Assembly (NCBI RefSeq): GCF_006345805.1
Contig: NC_042998.1
Coordinates: 39,060,001-39,124,000 of the forward strand
DNA from: Octopus sinensis
Taxonomy: Eukaryota
Reading direction: 5' to 3'
DNA: 64,000 nt
Shown: in pieces, positions 12,905 to 26,700 of the stretch
Position numbering within the stretch: position 1 is the stretch's first letter
How the letters are laid out: the number at the start of each line of letters is the position of its first letter
Notes under the pieces: model-generated
The model's database searches: none
Told to the model about the DNA's origin: nothing
What the model saw: the letters and a program-made list of their open reading frames with translations, nothing else
Translations under genes and position numbers: made by a program

Positions 12905-14681
12905 ATATGCATACACACATGCATACACGTACACACACATGTACACATATGCATACACAATATATGTAATATATACATATATATATATGTGTATGTATGT
13001 ATGTGTACATATTTGTGTGTGTATGTGTATTTGTGTGTACGTGTGTGTGTGTGTGTATGTATCCATATGTATATGTGCGTATGTATGTATGTCTGTATGT
13101 ATCTATGTGTTTGTACGTGTGTGTATGAGTATGTGTGTTTGTATGTGCATATATGTTTGTACATGTTTGTGTGTATGTATATATGTGAATGTATGAATGT
13201 GTGTGTGTTTGCATGCATATGTGTGTGTGTTTGCATGCTTATGTGTGTATGTTTGTATGTGTGTACGTTTGTGTGTGTGTATGCTTGTGTGTATGTTTGT
13301 GCGTGTTTGTGTGCGTATATATGTGTACGGTTTTGTGTGAATATTTGTGTGTGTATGTATGCGTGTGTATGTTTGTGTATGTAAGTTTGTGTGTGTGTGT
13401 GTCTATGTGTATGTATGTGTGTGGGTATGTTTGAGTTTGTGTGTATGTTTGTGTGCTTGGGTTTGCTTGTTTGTGTGTACGTTTGTTTGTGCGTGTACGT
13501 ATGTGTGTGTTTGTGTGTGTGTGTTTGTATGTATGTTTGTGTGTGTTTGTATGTATGTTTGTATGTATGTTTGTGTGTGTGTGTAGATGCAAAAACCATG
13601 CCAAAAGTGAGACACTGGAGCAGCCAGTGTCCTATGATTCCTTGTATTGTGTTGAAAGCTTCCCCTGTGCTAGCATGGAAAGAAAACAAAACGATGCTGA
13701 TGATGATGAGGATTACATCTAATTGAAATTGTTTTTAAAAAATCATTTTTTTTTTAAATCTGATTATGCCTACTTGGATCAGAAAGTAATAACTCTAGAT
13801 ATAAGAATATCTCTTGAACATAACATTGTGATTCATGATTTTTGTTGCACCTAATGTACATAAAAATGTAAAATATACAAGAAATTCAGGTATGTTTATC
13901 ATATTTCGTCACTGGGTGACACGAAAGCTATGGTTTCTGATAAATTTCTATAATTTATGTATGTATGTATATATATATATATATAATGATTTCACAAGCT
14001 CAGGGAGTAAGGCGAAAGGATGAAAGGCAAAGTCACCCTCGAGGGAATTTGAACTCAGAACATAAGGAGAAACAAAACGCCATTAAACATTTTGTCTGGC
14101 TTGATAAAACGATTCTAACAGCTTGCTGCCGTAATATACATGTGTAATTGACATCATTGGTAAAAGAGGTAAATCGGAGAGGTACTTACTCTTTATAAAG
14201 CAGGTACAGAGCAACAATGAGGATGATACAGCATATGAAAATGAATATTGCAAATGCTACCAGCACCCACCACATAGGTGACCAGCTGCTAACACGTGTC
14301 GTCTCAGGTTTGCAAGACTGGAAATAACAATAAAATATCCCCCTCAGTATGTATATTTAATATATGTATATTTAATATATATATATATATAAATATATAT
14401 GTATATATATATTATAATAATAATAAAATTAGGGAGTATAACTCCAAATTTACAGGGAAAAATTCAATTTAGTATTAAATCAAATTTCACAGTATAAATA
14501 TATAAAATATGAATTAGAGATAAAACCACTATTATGCAACTCAAACAGTGATAGACATAAACCAATACATAAATAACAAATAATATATATTTTTTTTTTA
14601 AATATATAACTTATAACTAGATCTCAAAAAGTATAAAATGAATGATAAATAAATAAGTAAAAACACTACATACTAATTCAT

Positions 14682-14719
<38 letters not shown>

Positions 14720-17700
14720 GAGACAGAGAAAGAGATATTGATATACAAATATACAAACAAATAGATTGATAGATATTAATATTCAAATTGATATCAATAT
14801 ATGTGGGTATATTGATATACTTTGCTCCTATTCACCTTCCGGTAACATCTGCTTCCCAGATCTACACATACTTTAAAGGAAAAAGTCTGCCAGAATAAAA
14901 ATTCTTTGAACAAAACAAACAGTGCAACTCCAACTTGAAACAATTTTATTAAAAACTAAGTAAAAATAATTAGAATTTTGCGAAGAAGTATAAACAATGA
15001 AGGAATTACCACAGACATTACTGTTCAAAACGATGACCGCAGCATCTGCACAGCCAAGATGCTGCAAAACCAAACAACAAAAAGACACCAAAATGTGATA
15101 AGATTTGTATAAACGGTCACTAATAGTGACTAGTAAGAGTTAATTAAAAGAGAGTTATATTAGCAATTACTAAGGAGTCAATGGAAGTTAGAAGTAGAGG
15201 AAGATGTAAGAAAAAATGGGAAAGAATGAGACATAAAAAAACTGAGCTCAATGGCAGAAATAAGAATAGTTCTAAATATATGGATCCTCCAATCCATACC
15301 AAATGTATTGGATATTAAGTTTCACCTTCCACATAATATATTGGAAATTACGTTAATTATGAAGCTAAGAGGAAAACTAGAAAACTATATCCTTTCATAG
15401 TCATCGTCTTAAAACTAGTATAAATAAAAAAGAAAATCATGGTCCTAAAGCCGAATTAGACAAAAAAAAAAAAAAAAGAACAGCAACACCGAACGGAGGG
15501 AATGCATGGTTTTATATAAGTAAGGAACTGTTACAGAGTTTTAAAAATGGCTAACCGGCTTCCGTGCCAGTGGCACATAAAAGGGCACCATTCGACTGTG
15601 AAAGTTACCAGCATCGCCTTACTGACACTTGTGCCTGTGCTAGTAGGGTGCCAAGAGCACCATCCGAGCGTGATCGTTGCCAGAGCAGCCAACTGACTTC
15701 CGTGCCGGTGGCATGTAAAAGAGCACCATTCGAGCGTGATCATTACCAACATTGCCTTACTGGCACCTGTGCCGGTGGCATGTGTAAAAAGATTCGAGCG
15801 AGGTCATTGCCAGTACCACCTGACTGGCCCCCGTGCCGGTGGCAAGTAAAAAGCACCCACTACACTCTCGGAGTGGTTGGCGTTAGGAAGGGCATCCAGC
15901 TTGTAGAAACTCTGCCAGATCAAGATTGGAGCCTGGTGTGGCCGTCTGGTTCGCCAGCCCTCAGTCAAAATCGTCCAACCCATGCTATTATGGAAAGCAA
16001 ACCTTAAGCGATGATGATGATGTTAATAAAAATAATTAGAAGCATGCAAATAGAAAAGGATTAGACTAATAATGGAATGAGATGCAGGACATAACTCTAT
16101 GTCAAAAAATAAAGTACCAGACATATACTGGGGCTTGGATTACAAAAATGGTGAAAAAATATCAAAACACAATTCTAAGTTCTACAGATACATGGAAAAG
16201 TAAATCAGTGTAAGAACACACAATGAGAAGAGTGTTCTGGAAGAGAAGACGCAATGTTAACAGACAAAAGATCAATGCCTTAACTACACAAAAATACCAG
16301 AAGCATGAAATACTGATAGAAACACAAAGACACAATTGATTGCAATAGCTTTTGCTACCCAATCCTAGAGAAACTGTAAAAAATTTTATTCAACATGAGA
16401 CAATAAATTCTAATCGAACTAAAAATTAGATTATGCTATAGATTCATAAATGGAGATGAGGAGAGGCATACATCTCACAACTTCTTGCCTCCCCACAGAA
16501 TATTACCGAAATTTCAATTAGACTTAAAAGTGGTGAAGTGAAAGAGGAAACATGTTATCCGGGTTTTTTCCAAGATCCTTAGAAATATAGATTGAACTTG
16601 AATTTCCGGTTGTCATAATTTGTAGTAAAGTAGCTGAAGAATCAGCCTGAGTGACTGACTTCCTATCCAGAGTGTCCCTTGTTTCTCATCCATTTCATAC
16701 GATATAAACCGAATCTCTGTGCTTCATAAAACATCTGGTATTTAGTTAAGAATCTAAGAGGAATTAAACAAATCTTCAAAATTAAACTCATTAACTGATT
16801 TCATGCCTTTGGTTGACAACATAGAGAAAAAAAAAACAGCTTTTATACATACACCAGCTTCTAATGATGTTGTATAATTCTTCAAAACATTTTGTGCTGC
16901 AGGTTCTTGTAATAGTTGTTCAGTCTCTGAAAGCGATAACACTTGGCCGTCCTTCTCCACCACAAAACACATGGCAGTACTGAAATACATTGACACATTT
17001 CTAAGTTAGAAACAATTATGAATCACAGGGATAGCTTTATGGCGCTATATCAATGTGAGAATTTCTCAACACTATTTCAAAAATGGCTGCATTTAGTTTA
17101 GTCTGAATTCAGCCCTCAATAAGCAGATCCATAATCAAAGACATTCTAGTCCTGGCCATCCAGCCATTCTCTTGAATATTGGTTATCTTACACTACATTT
17201 TCACTGTATTCCATTTCTAGACTTTGGGGAATAATTGTTTTAAGATTTGGCAATGGAAGTCTCTTACAGACGACTGTTACTGATGACTCATACAAGACTC
17301 ATAGAGGACTCTTACAGAGAACTTCAACAGGGGGTTCTTACGGACAACTCTTATAGAGGACTCTTACAGCGGACTCTTATCGAGGATTATTATAGACGAC
17401 TATTACAAAGGATTGTTAGAGTAGACTCTTACAGAGGACCCTTGAAGAGGCTCTTTCGTCGCCTCAAAATAGGGGAGCAGTGGTTAGCAATAGTGTTTCA
17501 CTCCAGAACAAGCATCTGTAGTTTTTCTTGGAAGCCAACGAGATTCTGTGATTTCTATGTAAAAACCAAGCAGGCTACAGGTCACTTTACATCTTGAGTG
17601 TTGTGGCATTTTAAGGAATGTTTAACAGTAATATCAGATACAGCTTCAATTTTTGAATTCACTTGTTTCATTGTTATTAATTAGTAATAGTCTTTCTAAT

Positions 17701-20700
17701 TAGGTTTAGTTTTAGCATTGATCCATGAATCTTACTTTATTAATTATTCACATAATTAACTCTAACCAGAATTGGAAGCATTTTTTGAACATGCTTTCAA
17801 ATTCGTACAAAAACAAAGCGCTATCTACAGTTGGGTTTATGTAAATTCTATAGTTTTATCCGTGAAACTTTTATGTATGTTTGCCAATGGCTTCATGTGA
17901 AATAAGCAAAACAAATAAGCTGCATTTTCTAGCCTCGTATGCTGACAGGTAAAAAAAAGCACCGAATAATGGTTAGCATTCAATTGATGATCTGTTGTGA
18001 TACGATACCTTTGCAGAACTGAAAAGCTAATGCCTTCATTTTCCCCTCAATACAACTTAAAACAATCAGCAAAGTTTACAATGAATTTTGTTTTAGAATA
18101 AACTAGCAGTATTGCTCGGGTTTGTAAGGAAAATAACTATATAAGCATTTTTAGAGAGTTACTTCCCTTATATAACCCGAGCAAAAATCATTAAAAATGA
18201 TGGTAAATTTTTTTTTAAATCGTAGACTCGTAGATGCGTGCTAATACCCAGAAGGGCTCGATATGAATGACGACTATAAGATACCCGCTTTTGGTTAAAC
18301 TGCACCGCAAAATGCGGGAGTAGTTAGAAATCTAAATCGGAGGAGACAGTCTCACACACACAACTTCAATTTTATATATAAAGATAACCTTCATTTCATT
18401 ACCTGTATCCTCTCTTATGGTTTTAGATCTACTTTAATTAAACACACCTGAAGAATTATATTGTGCAATAAGTATTTCACTTACCTGTAATAGTCTTCTT
18501 GGTTAAGCTTTTGATGATAGCTTAATTCTTTGATCACAAATGTTCCGATTCCCAGTCGGTTGAGCTCACTGAAAGAAAAGTTCCCGAAAACAATTTATAT
18601 TAGATACATTCATCAAGTTGAGATGTGACTCTTCTGTTTCTTTTGTCAACAGTTGAGGTGGGAGTTCCTGGTTTCAAACTGTTTGTAGACCAATCGGCAC
18701 AAGGTAGATTAAAATCTCCCATCATTATTATGTTGTTGGGATGACAGTGTTGTATAAAGCACTTAATGCTGTTGAGGCATTCATTAAAGCACAGTACGGG
18801 GGTTTGAGGTGGCCTCTACAGCCCAACAACTATCAGGTCATTGGTTTTGTTGTGAATGGTGACCGAATCACAGAAGCCATTGGAGAATGTCATATTTCCA
18901 TCTGCCAAAAAGGTATCATGCAGGAAAATGGCAGTTCCACCTTTGTGTCGACTCAATACATATATATACGTATGTATATTTATCTGAGCTTGAAGGCCAA
19001 CAAAATGCATGTGAGCAATATAGGAAAGGTATATACACTAATATAAGAATATTTCAGGGGTGTTTAACAGATTGTTTCTGTCTTCAGTTGATAACCAGTA
19101 AACTTAGAAGTTAGATGTTTAGGTATGAAGTTTTTTTTTAAATGCATAATGGCTACAGCTAGACATTCTCTCTTACTTTCCTGTTTACACTTATTTTACT
19201 TTGAATAAGATTCTAACATTAAAAAAGTGAGAGGAACAAAAATTATAACTTACGCAATCAGTTCTGCGCTCTTCGGTTGACTTACATCTAACTTGTCGGG
19301 TAAGTTCAATCTGGTTTGCTGGCGTGGTTGGATCACGTAGATCTGAGAAAAAGACGAAAGGAAACTCAACATAGGCACAAAAAGTGTGGCTCCGTGGTAA
19401 GATGCTTGCTTCCCAACCACATGGTTCCGGATCCAGTCCCACTGAATGGTACCTTGGACAAGTGTCTTCTGCTATAGCTTCTGGCCAACCAAAATCTTGT
19501 GAGTCGATTTGTTAGACAGAAACTGGAAGAAGCCCATCAAAAATATATAAATATGTACGAGGGGTGTATGAAAAGTTTTGAGCCTAACCTAGAAACTGAG
19601 TATCATGCTGTCATAAAGTACCTTCTTTTAAAAGGCATGACTCCATCAGAAATCCATGAAGATATGGTAAGAACCTTGACAGACAAGGCTCCTTCATATG
19701 CAACAGTCAAACGCTGGGTAAATGAATTCCAGTGTGGCAGGGAGAGTGTGGAAGATGATCCCACACCAGGGAGGCCTCCAACTGCAACCACCAAGGACAA
19801 CATTGACCTTGCTCTTGGTATGATAATGCAAGATCGTCGAATATCATGTCGCGAGATAGCTTAGAGACTGGGCATCTCGAATGAAAGAGCAGACAACATT
19901 GTGACAAAATAACTTGGGTTCTGAAAGGTTTCTGCAAAGTGGGTCCCTCGCCTTTTGACTCCTGAATAGAAACGCACCAGGTGCACTTTGTCCACAAGCA
20001 ATCTGGAACTGTTTGAAGCCAATGAAGAGAATTTTCTTTCTCATTTCATTACTACGAACGAAAGTTGGGTTCATCACTACCAGCCTGAAACCAAAGAACA
20101 ATCAAGGCAGTGGAAGCACACATCTTCTCCTACCCCAAAGAAGGCCAGGGTCATTCCTTCAGCTGGCAAGGTCATGGCGTCCATTTTTGGGGATTCTCAG
20201 TGTCTTGCTGATCAATTACCTTGAAAAGGATCACACTGTGACATGGTTGTATTATTCACAGCTACTGAAATGCCTCTGAGAAGTAATCAAAGAAAAAATG
20301 CCAGGAATGCTCACCAGAGGAGTCCTTTTTCATCATGACAATACTCCAGCCCACACCTCAGTGGCTGCCATGGCAACAATTCATGATTGTGGATACGAAC
20401 TTGTTCCCCATCTGCCTTATTCACCAGACTTAGCCCCTCTGATTTTCATCTATTCCCAAAAATGAAAAAAGCTCTGGCTGGTCACCATTTTGCCACTGGC
20501 AATGACATCATAGACACTGTAGGAAGTTTCTTAGAGTCTCAAACAAAGGAGTTCCTCTACGCCGAGATAATGGCACTTCAGCACCGCTGGAGAAAATGTT
20601 CAGCCATCAAAGGGGACTATGTTGAAAAATAAATCATCAGAAGTCTTGTACAATGTTTTATTTTTTTGAGGCTCAAGACTTTTCAGACACCCCTCGTATG

Positions 20701-23700
20701 TGTGTGCCTATATGTATGTGTTTGTGCTTGTCCTCCACTACCCCTTGAACATATATATTACATACAGAAAGATATAGCTGGTCTATGGGATTACCCTAGG
20801 TTTTGCATCCATAAAGGGCTTAGCTTTATCATCAGACCCCAAAACCTGTTGGCACATGGCCTCTGTAGCAAGTGGCCTCTCTAGAAAATGGAGGAAGAAA
20901 GGATAGTCTCCCTTCAGCTGTTTTTCGTAATGGACTCTGTTATCATGTGGGTACCATGACACCAGCAAGAATTCCCTGAACTGCAAACAGGGTTCAAAGA
21001 CTTCTATTCTAGAGTGAAGGTTATTCCCCGGGTCAAGGGAGTCTTTTAATATCCTTACCCATTCGGCTATGCACAGTTTACAGCGCTTGGTCCCGTTCAT
21101 GTAGAGGCCTGGATTTCTAAGATTCTCCACGATATTACATGTGGAATTCCTTCATCCTTCAGCTGCCATCCATGGCTGGCTAATGATACAGCACATCTCC
21201 TTTCCGGTATCCTAAAAAAGGATCTGGGGTTGGAGAAGCGTTGTTTGAATGTGTTACCGGAGCATCCGATGTATCAGGGAAAAGATTGAGGGTTGGATAC
21301 CTTCCACATTTACCGTTATAGGTTATCCTTTCAATTTCAACATTTCGTAGTTGAAATATGGCAAACTGACAAAGTCACTACTGCATCGGATAAAATGCTC
21401 AGCGGCATTTCTTCTGGCTTTACATTTTAAATTCAAATTCAACTGAAGACTACGTTGCCTTTCAGCCTTTTGAGGTCGATAAAACAAAGTACCAGTTGAG
21501 TACTGGGGTCGATGCAATGGCCACCTCCTCAGACACCAGACCTTATGCCTAATGAAGAAGGAATTATTTTGCAGAAAGACAGACAGATGGATAGATAGGC
21601 AGGTAGGTAGGTAAAGAGATAGATAGGCAGGTAGGTAGGTAAAGAGATAGGTAGGTAGACAGATAGATAGAGATTTCTTACCTTAAACGTTATCATACTG
21701 TAATAATTTGAATTCAGCGCATCTTCTCCGCGTATAGTGACGATGAAATGACTGCCAACAAATTTCTTGTAGTCTGGTAGGTTTGTGAATATTCGTCCAT
21801 CATTACGAGAAATTACAAAAGCATTTTCGGTTGAAAATAATATGTCTGTCTGAGGGATATTGCATTTGATATTCTCAATAGTATATTTCACCTTGTTATA
21901 AAGGAAGCTATCAGGGTCCATGCCAGTCACTTTGGCAACTTCGTTACCAGTCTCGGATTTATCGTAGATCACTGTGAGTGAAATAAAAACAAATATTCTA
22001 TTCAAAGTATAATTTCTTTTATAATCCTCATCAGTATATTTCCTTCCTTTCTTATCTTTCATATTATGAAGCCTGGCTAACATTCTGGAAAGATTTGTTC
22101 TCAATAAAAAGTAATGTCTTGCGAGTGGATTTGGTGGAGAGAAACTAAAAGAAGCCTGTTGTGTATGTATATGTGTGTGTGTGTGTATACATATACATAC
22201 ATACATGCATACACACACACGGGTTGAACAAAATAATGGAAACACCTAGCATCATGAATTTTGAAATACATATTAAACCGTCAAAAGCTTGTTTATTTTT
22301 ATGTTTTTTTATTTATTATTAGTGTTACATAAGATGTTTTACTAAAATTATTGTTTCTTTTCAGATATCATCAGAAAAAGGTAATTAAAATTCATTAAAA
22401 CGACAGATCTATCAGACTTTCAAAGAGGTCAAATTGTTAGTGTTTGTATGGCAGGCGCTAATGTAATGAAAACAGCCGAAGTATCCTTCACCATCATCAC
22501 TACAAGAACTGGAGACTGTTTTAGCTGAAGTATGGACAAAAATTCCTTTGGAAACAATTCAAATTTTGTACAAGTCCATACCTCATAGAATTCAAGCTGT
22601 AATTACTGCCAAAGGCAGTCCTACCCCATATTAAAATTAATTTGTTTGAAATTTTAAGGTGTTTCTGTTATTTTGTCCAACCTCTGTGTATATATAGTTT
22701 AATGTACACAGTATGTAGTTATAACCTATTAAAATATATTGAAGATATATTTAGGCAGGTTTTAAAACATGCCTGGTATTTCTAAGTAATCTTCATGTGC
22801 CTCTAGGCACATGGCCTATACAAGTTACAAATCAGGACAATAGAGCAAGAGAAATCACGAGAGAAAAACAAGATGAAGGTGTGTTCAGAAAGTGGAATGG
22901 TGAAAAGAAAGGAACAATGAAAAAACAAAGAAGAATTAGAGTTATGTCCCCTTTGATCATAGAGTCGTAAGTCTATGTGGTGTAGAATCAACAGAAGAGG
23001 TCTAAAGTCTGTGATAGAGCCGCTCGGTTTGGGGAGGGTGGTGGTGTTCTCCAATTCTCCAAAAGAAACTTGTCTGTATGTTTGTATTTGCTCATCATTT
23101 CCAATCTGAAATTCAGCATTGTAGTAGAACTAGATTCAAAAAGGAGATGTGATCTATCAGCCACACATAATTTGCATTATTTGTTATCAATTAACATCTG
23201 GCATCGACTTTTCAATGATTTTTTTCCACTTGATTGTGGTGGTGTGGGGTTGGTCTTCAAATCCCATACATGGCTAACCGACTTAATGGCTTTCTGCTTG
23301 TGCATAAACTGGAAAGAGGGTAGGTGGTTAGCAACTTTTGAAAAGAAGAATTACATCGGGTTATGTGAAGGCAACTTCAAAAGTCGTGATGCTTACCACA
23401 TATCTTCTTAACCCATAACTATGTATTGAGTACATTAAGCAATATTCATCTCTCACCAGATGAAGTACCTTTTTTGATGATATTACCTTAACAGAAAAGT
23501 AAACTCTGCCTGCGTGAGTGTGTGTGTGCCACTTGTAATGAAGGCGGTATTCACTCGGGCTGGATTGAGCAGGTTCTGACCAATCAGTTCACCACGTCCT
23601 TCACAAATGCTGACCACATCCAACGGTCGGCTCTGACGTCCCAGCAGGTAGAATAAAATAACCCAGTTTGTAAATTTTACAAATGCTCCATTGGGAGATC

Positions 23701-26700
23701 CCAGCACGTCGAACAGCATGGACACCATAGCTGTAGTCGTCATTTGTTATTGAAGTGTGGAGTTCATGTTCGGAGTTTCAATGGGAATACAAGTCCACAT
23801 GTGGTCCCTGGTCACATGAATACACACTTTAGGACAGTGCGGTCCATAGCAGCTCATTTTGCCATCGATTACTGATAATGACCAAGCCATCGCCAATTAC
23901 CAGAGCAGACGTAACCTGGGTTTAAGTAGACATGTGTGGGGGTGTGTCTTTGTGTCTGTTTATCTCCCACTACCACTCGACAATTTGCTTTGGTGTGTTT
24001 ACGTTCCCATCGTTTAGCAGTTCAACAAAAAAGAAAGCTATAGCTAAAGTACAAAGCTTAAGAAATAAGCCTTGGGGGCCAATTCATTCGACTGAACTTC
24101 TCCAAAGTGGTGCCACAGAATTACCACAGTCTAATGTTAGAACAAATAAAAGTAAAAGATACAACTGCACTATTACAGTCAGTTGCTCTGGCTTTGTACA
24201 ACGATCAATTAAGAAGACAAATTAGATATTACTCTTTTACTTGTTTCAGTCATGTGACTGTGGCCATGCTAGAGCACCGCCTTTAGTTGAGCAAATTGAC
24301 CCCAGGACTTATTTTTTGTAAGCCTAGTACTTATTCTATCGGTCTCTTTTGCCGAACTGCTAAGTTACGGGGACGTAAACACACCAGCATCGGTTGTCAA
24401 GCGATGTTGTGGGGACAAACACAGACACACATACATATATACGATGGGCTTCTTTCAGTTTCCGTCTACCAAATCCACTCACAAGGCTTTGGTAGACACT
24501 TGCCCAATGTGCCATGCAGTGGGACTGAACCTGGAACCATGTGGTTCGTAAGCAAGCTACTTACCACACAGCCACTCTTACGCCTATGAAAATTAATAAT
24601 TCATTACTCCGAATATTTTCGACTATGAGTTGCGACTGAGTCTAAAATATAGTATCTCTCAACTGCTAGAACACCAGCCTCAATACGAATGAGTGAGAAA
24701 TCAACCCAGAACCCAAGACTGCCATTTTGTTCAGCTCTCAAACTTTTTATGAATAATATAGTTGTTTTTACTCACCTGCAAATCTTTTTTTTACATCGAA
24801 TTGTGGACCATTATCATTCTGATCTTGTACATTTACCGTTATTTCTTGTATTTGACCATCCTCGGTTCTAGGAGAGGTTGACCTGGTTTGTCTTTGATCA
24901 GCCTCAATTCTAGAAGAGGCTGAACTAGCTTCCGATTCTGGCACTACTCGCACACATAAGGTATACTTTGAAATTTCTTCATAATCTAAAGAAGCGTTAG
25001 TTAGTATGACTCCTGACAGTGGCTCCAGAAGAAAAGCATTCACGTTGGTATTTTTACCTGGAAAATACAATCATTCAAAGTTTTAAATATACATACATAA
25101 AACATATACACATATATGTAGGTAAGTATGTACATATATGTGTGTTTGTGTGTGTGTGTATTCTTTTATGCATTTAAACCCAAAGGCCATGGACATTGCT
25201 GCCTTCTCTTGAGTTTATTGCTATGATGTAAGTTCATCTGGGACTTGTCCATATGTCTACATTTCAGATCTAGAACTCAGTAGGTTGGTAGAGTTCTTAG
25301 ATCTAAAAAGCTATAAGATCTTTTGGCTAAACAAAGCCTGAGCAAACCATGCATGCCTGGTTGAGTAGACAAGTTTCTGAGTATCTACAGTTACAATTCT
25401 AAGTAGTAGCTTGGGATGACATGCATGTAATAATATTTTTCATGTTGGGGCAGCATCTGTATGACATTTTCACTGAACATCTATTAAAAATTTCTATGGT
25501 TACAAGTGTGAAGTTCTAAAATGTCTTGGACGAACTGGTGCAGTTGTGGACTCCTTGCACAAGGGTGTTTGGTGCTGCCGATATCTGAGCAGAAGGACAG
25601 TTTTTGGTCTTATGGTCTCTGGTCCTCCTTGTCCTGCACTATAGTTGTGAAACTCAGACACTGTCTGCAGCCCTCAAGAGTCTTCTGAATTAATTTGGTA
25701 CCTGGACACTTAGTATCATTATAGGTTAACATAGGATGGATTTTTCTCTGGGCCACATTTTCAAAATGAAAATTTGCTCGTGCCTCACCAAAGGTCAAGA
25801 GACAGGGTTAAAAGGAGATAACCTCGGATTCGAAGTCAGAACATTATCATTGATAACCTTCTCCTCCAATATGTGGATCCTTGTTACTATATTCTTAACA
25901 CCTGATATAATGCAAAAACATCACAATGTTAGAATCGGTCACAATTATACTGGGACTCTTGCATGAAATTAAAGGTAATCCATAATAATATTTTAAATTT
26001 GGAAATCATATTTATTTTTAGTATTTTAGAATTTTTTAAACTGTTTCTAAATGTTTGTCTTTCAATCATTCTGCCTCACCTGCTTGTTCTCTTCCGCCAC
26101 TTCTACGAGGCACGCTACACTGTTTGGGAACCACTGGTATAGATGAATGTCGTGGGATGGGAATTTGGGTTTTAGTATATCTAATATATAAAGACCAACT
26201 ACATCACAAATATTAATCCTGTCAGGTGATCCCATCAACTTTTCTTTATTCGTATATCATAAATACTTGTCTAAATGGTAGACAAATATTTTTAATTTGG
26301 CTTTTCACAGACTTTTTGATTGCCCTTCTTATCCTTTGTTCTCATAGAAAATTCAAGAAATTATCATCCTCATCATCATCATTATTATTATTATTATTAT
26401 TGAGTGAGAGAGCAGAGCATGCCATCAAAGTGACACTGGGGTAAAAAATACGAAACCAAGTATACCCATCATGACTACCCGTCTAATAAGGGTGCACCAG
26501 GCACATGCATCATAACCATGTGTGCATAACTTAGTTATTTCATATCAAGATAAACAGTGCATGACCCTGCAGGTGGGGGCCCAGTTAGAATTTTCTTCAG
26601 GTTGAGTAGCCCATCCCATTCAAAAGGTCCCTGAATGAGGATTGTTTAAGTATGTTGAACAAAACACCCTTGTTTCCACAGATGAATTACTCAAACCCCA

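Noticed and set aside
12762-13726. Many long His/Thr/Tyr- or Val/Cys/Met-rich ORFs (also at 184-450, 10300-10726, 39697-40325)
   Set aside because: Translations of TA/TG/CA microsatellites
13880-13937. Cytoplasmic exon right after the TM exon
   Set aside because: Weak acceptor; stop after 9 codons; the 8511 site has much better splice signals
23483-23743. 86-aa ORF as an exon
   Set aside because: No recognisable motif, and exons 24776 and 21971 join in frame without it
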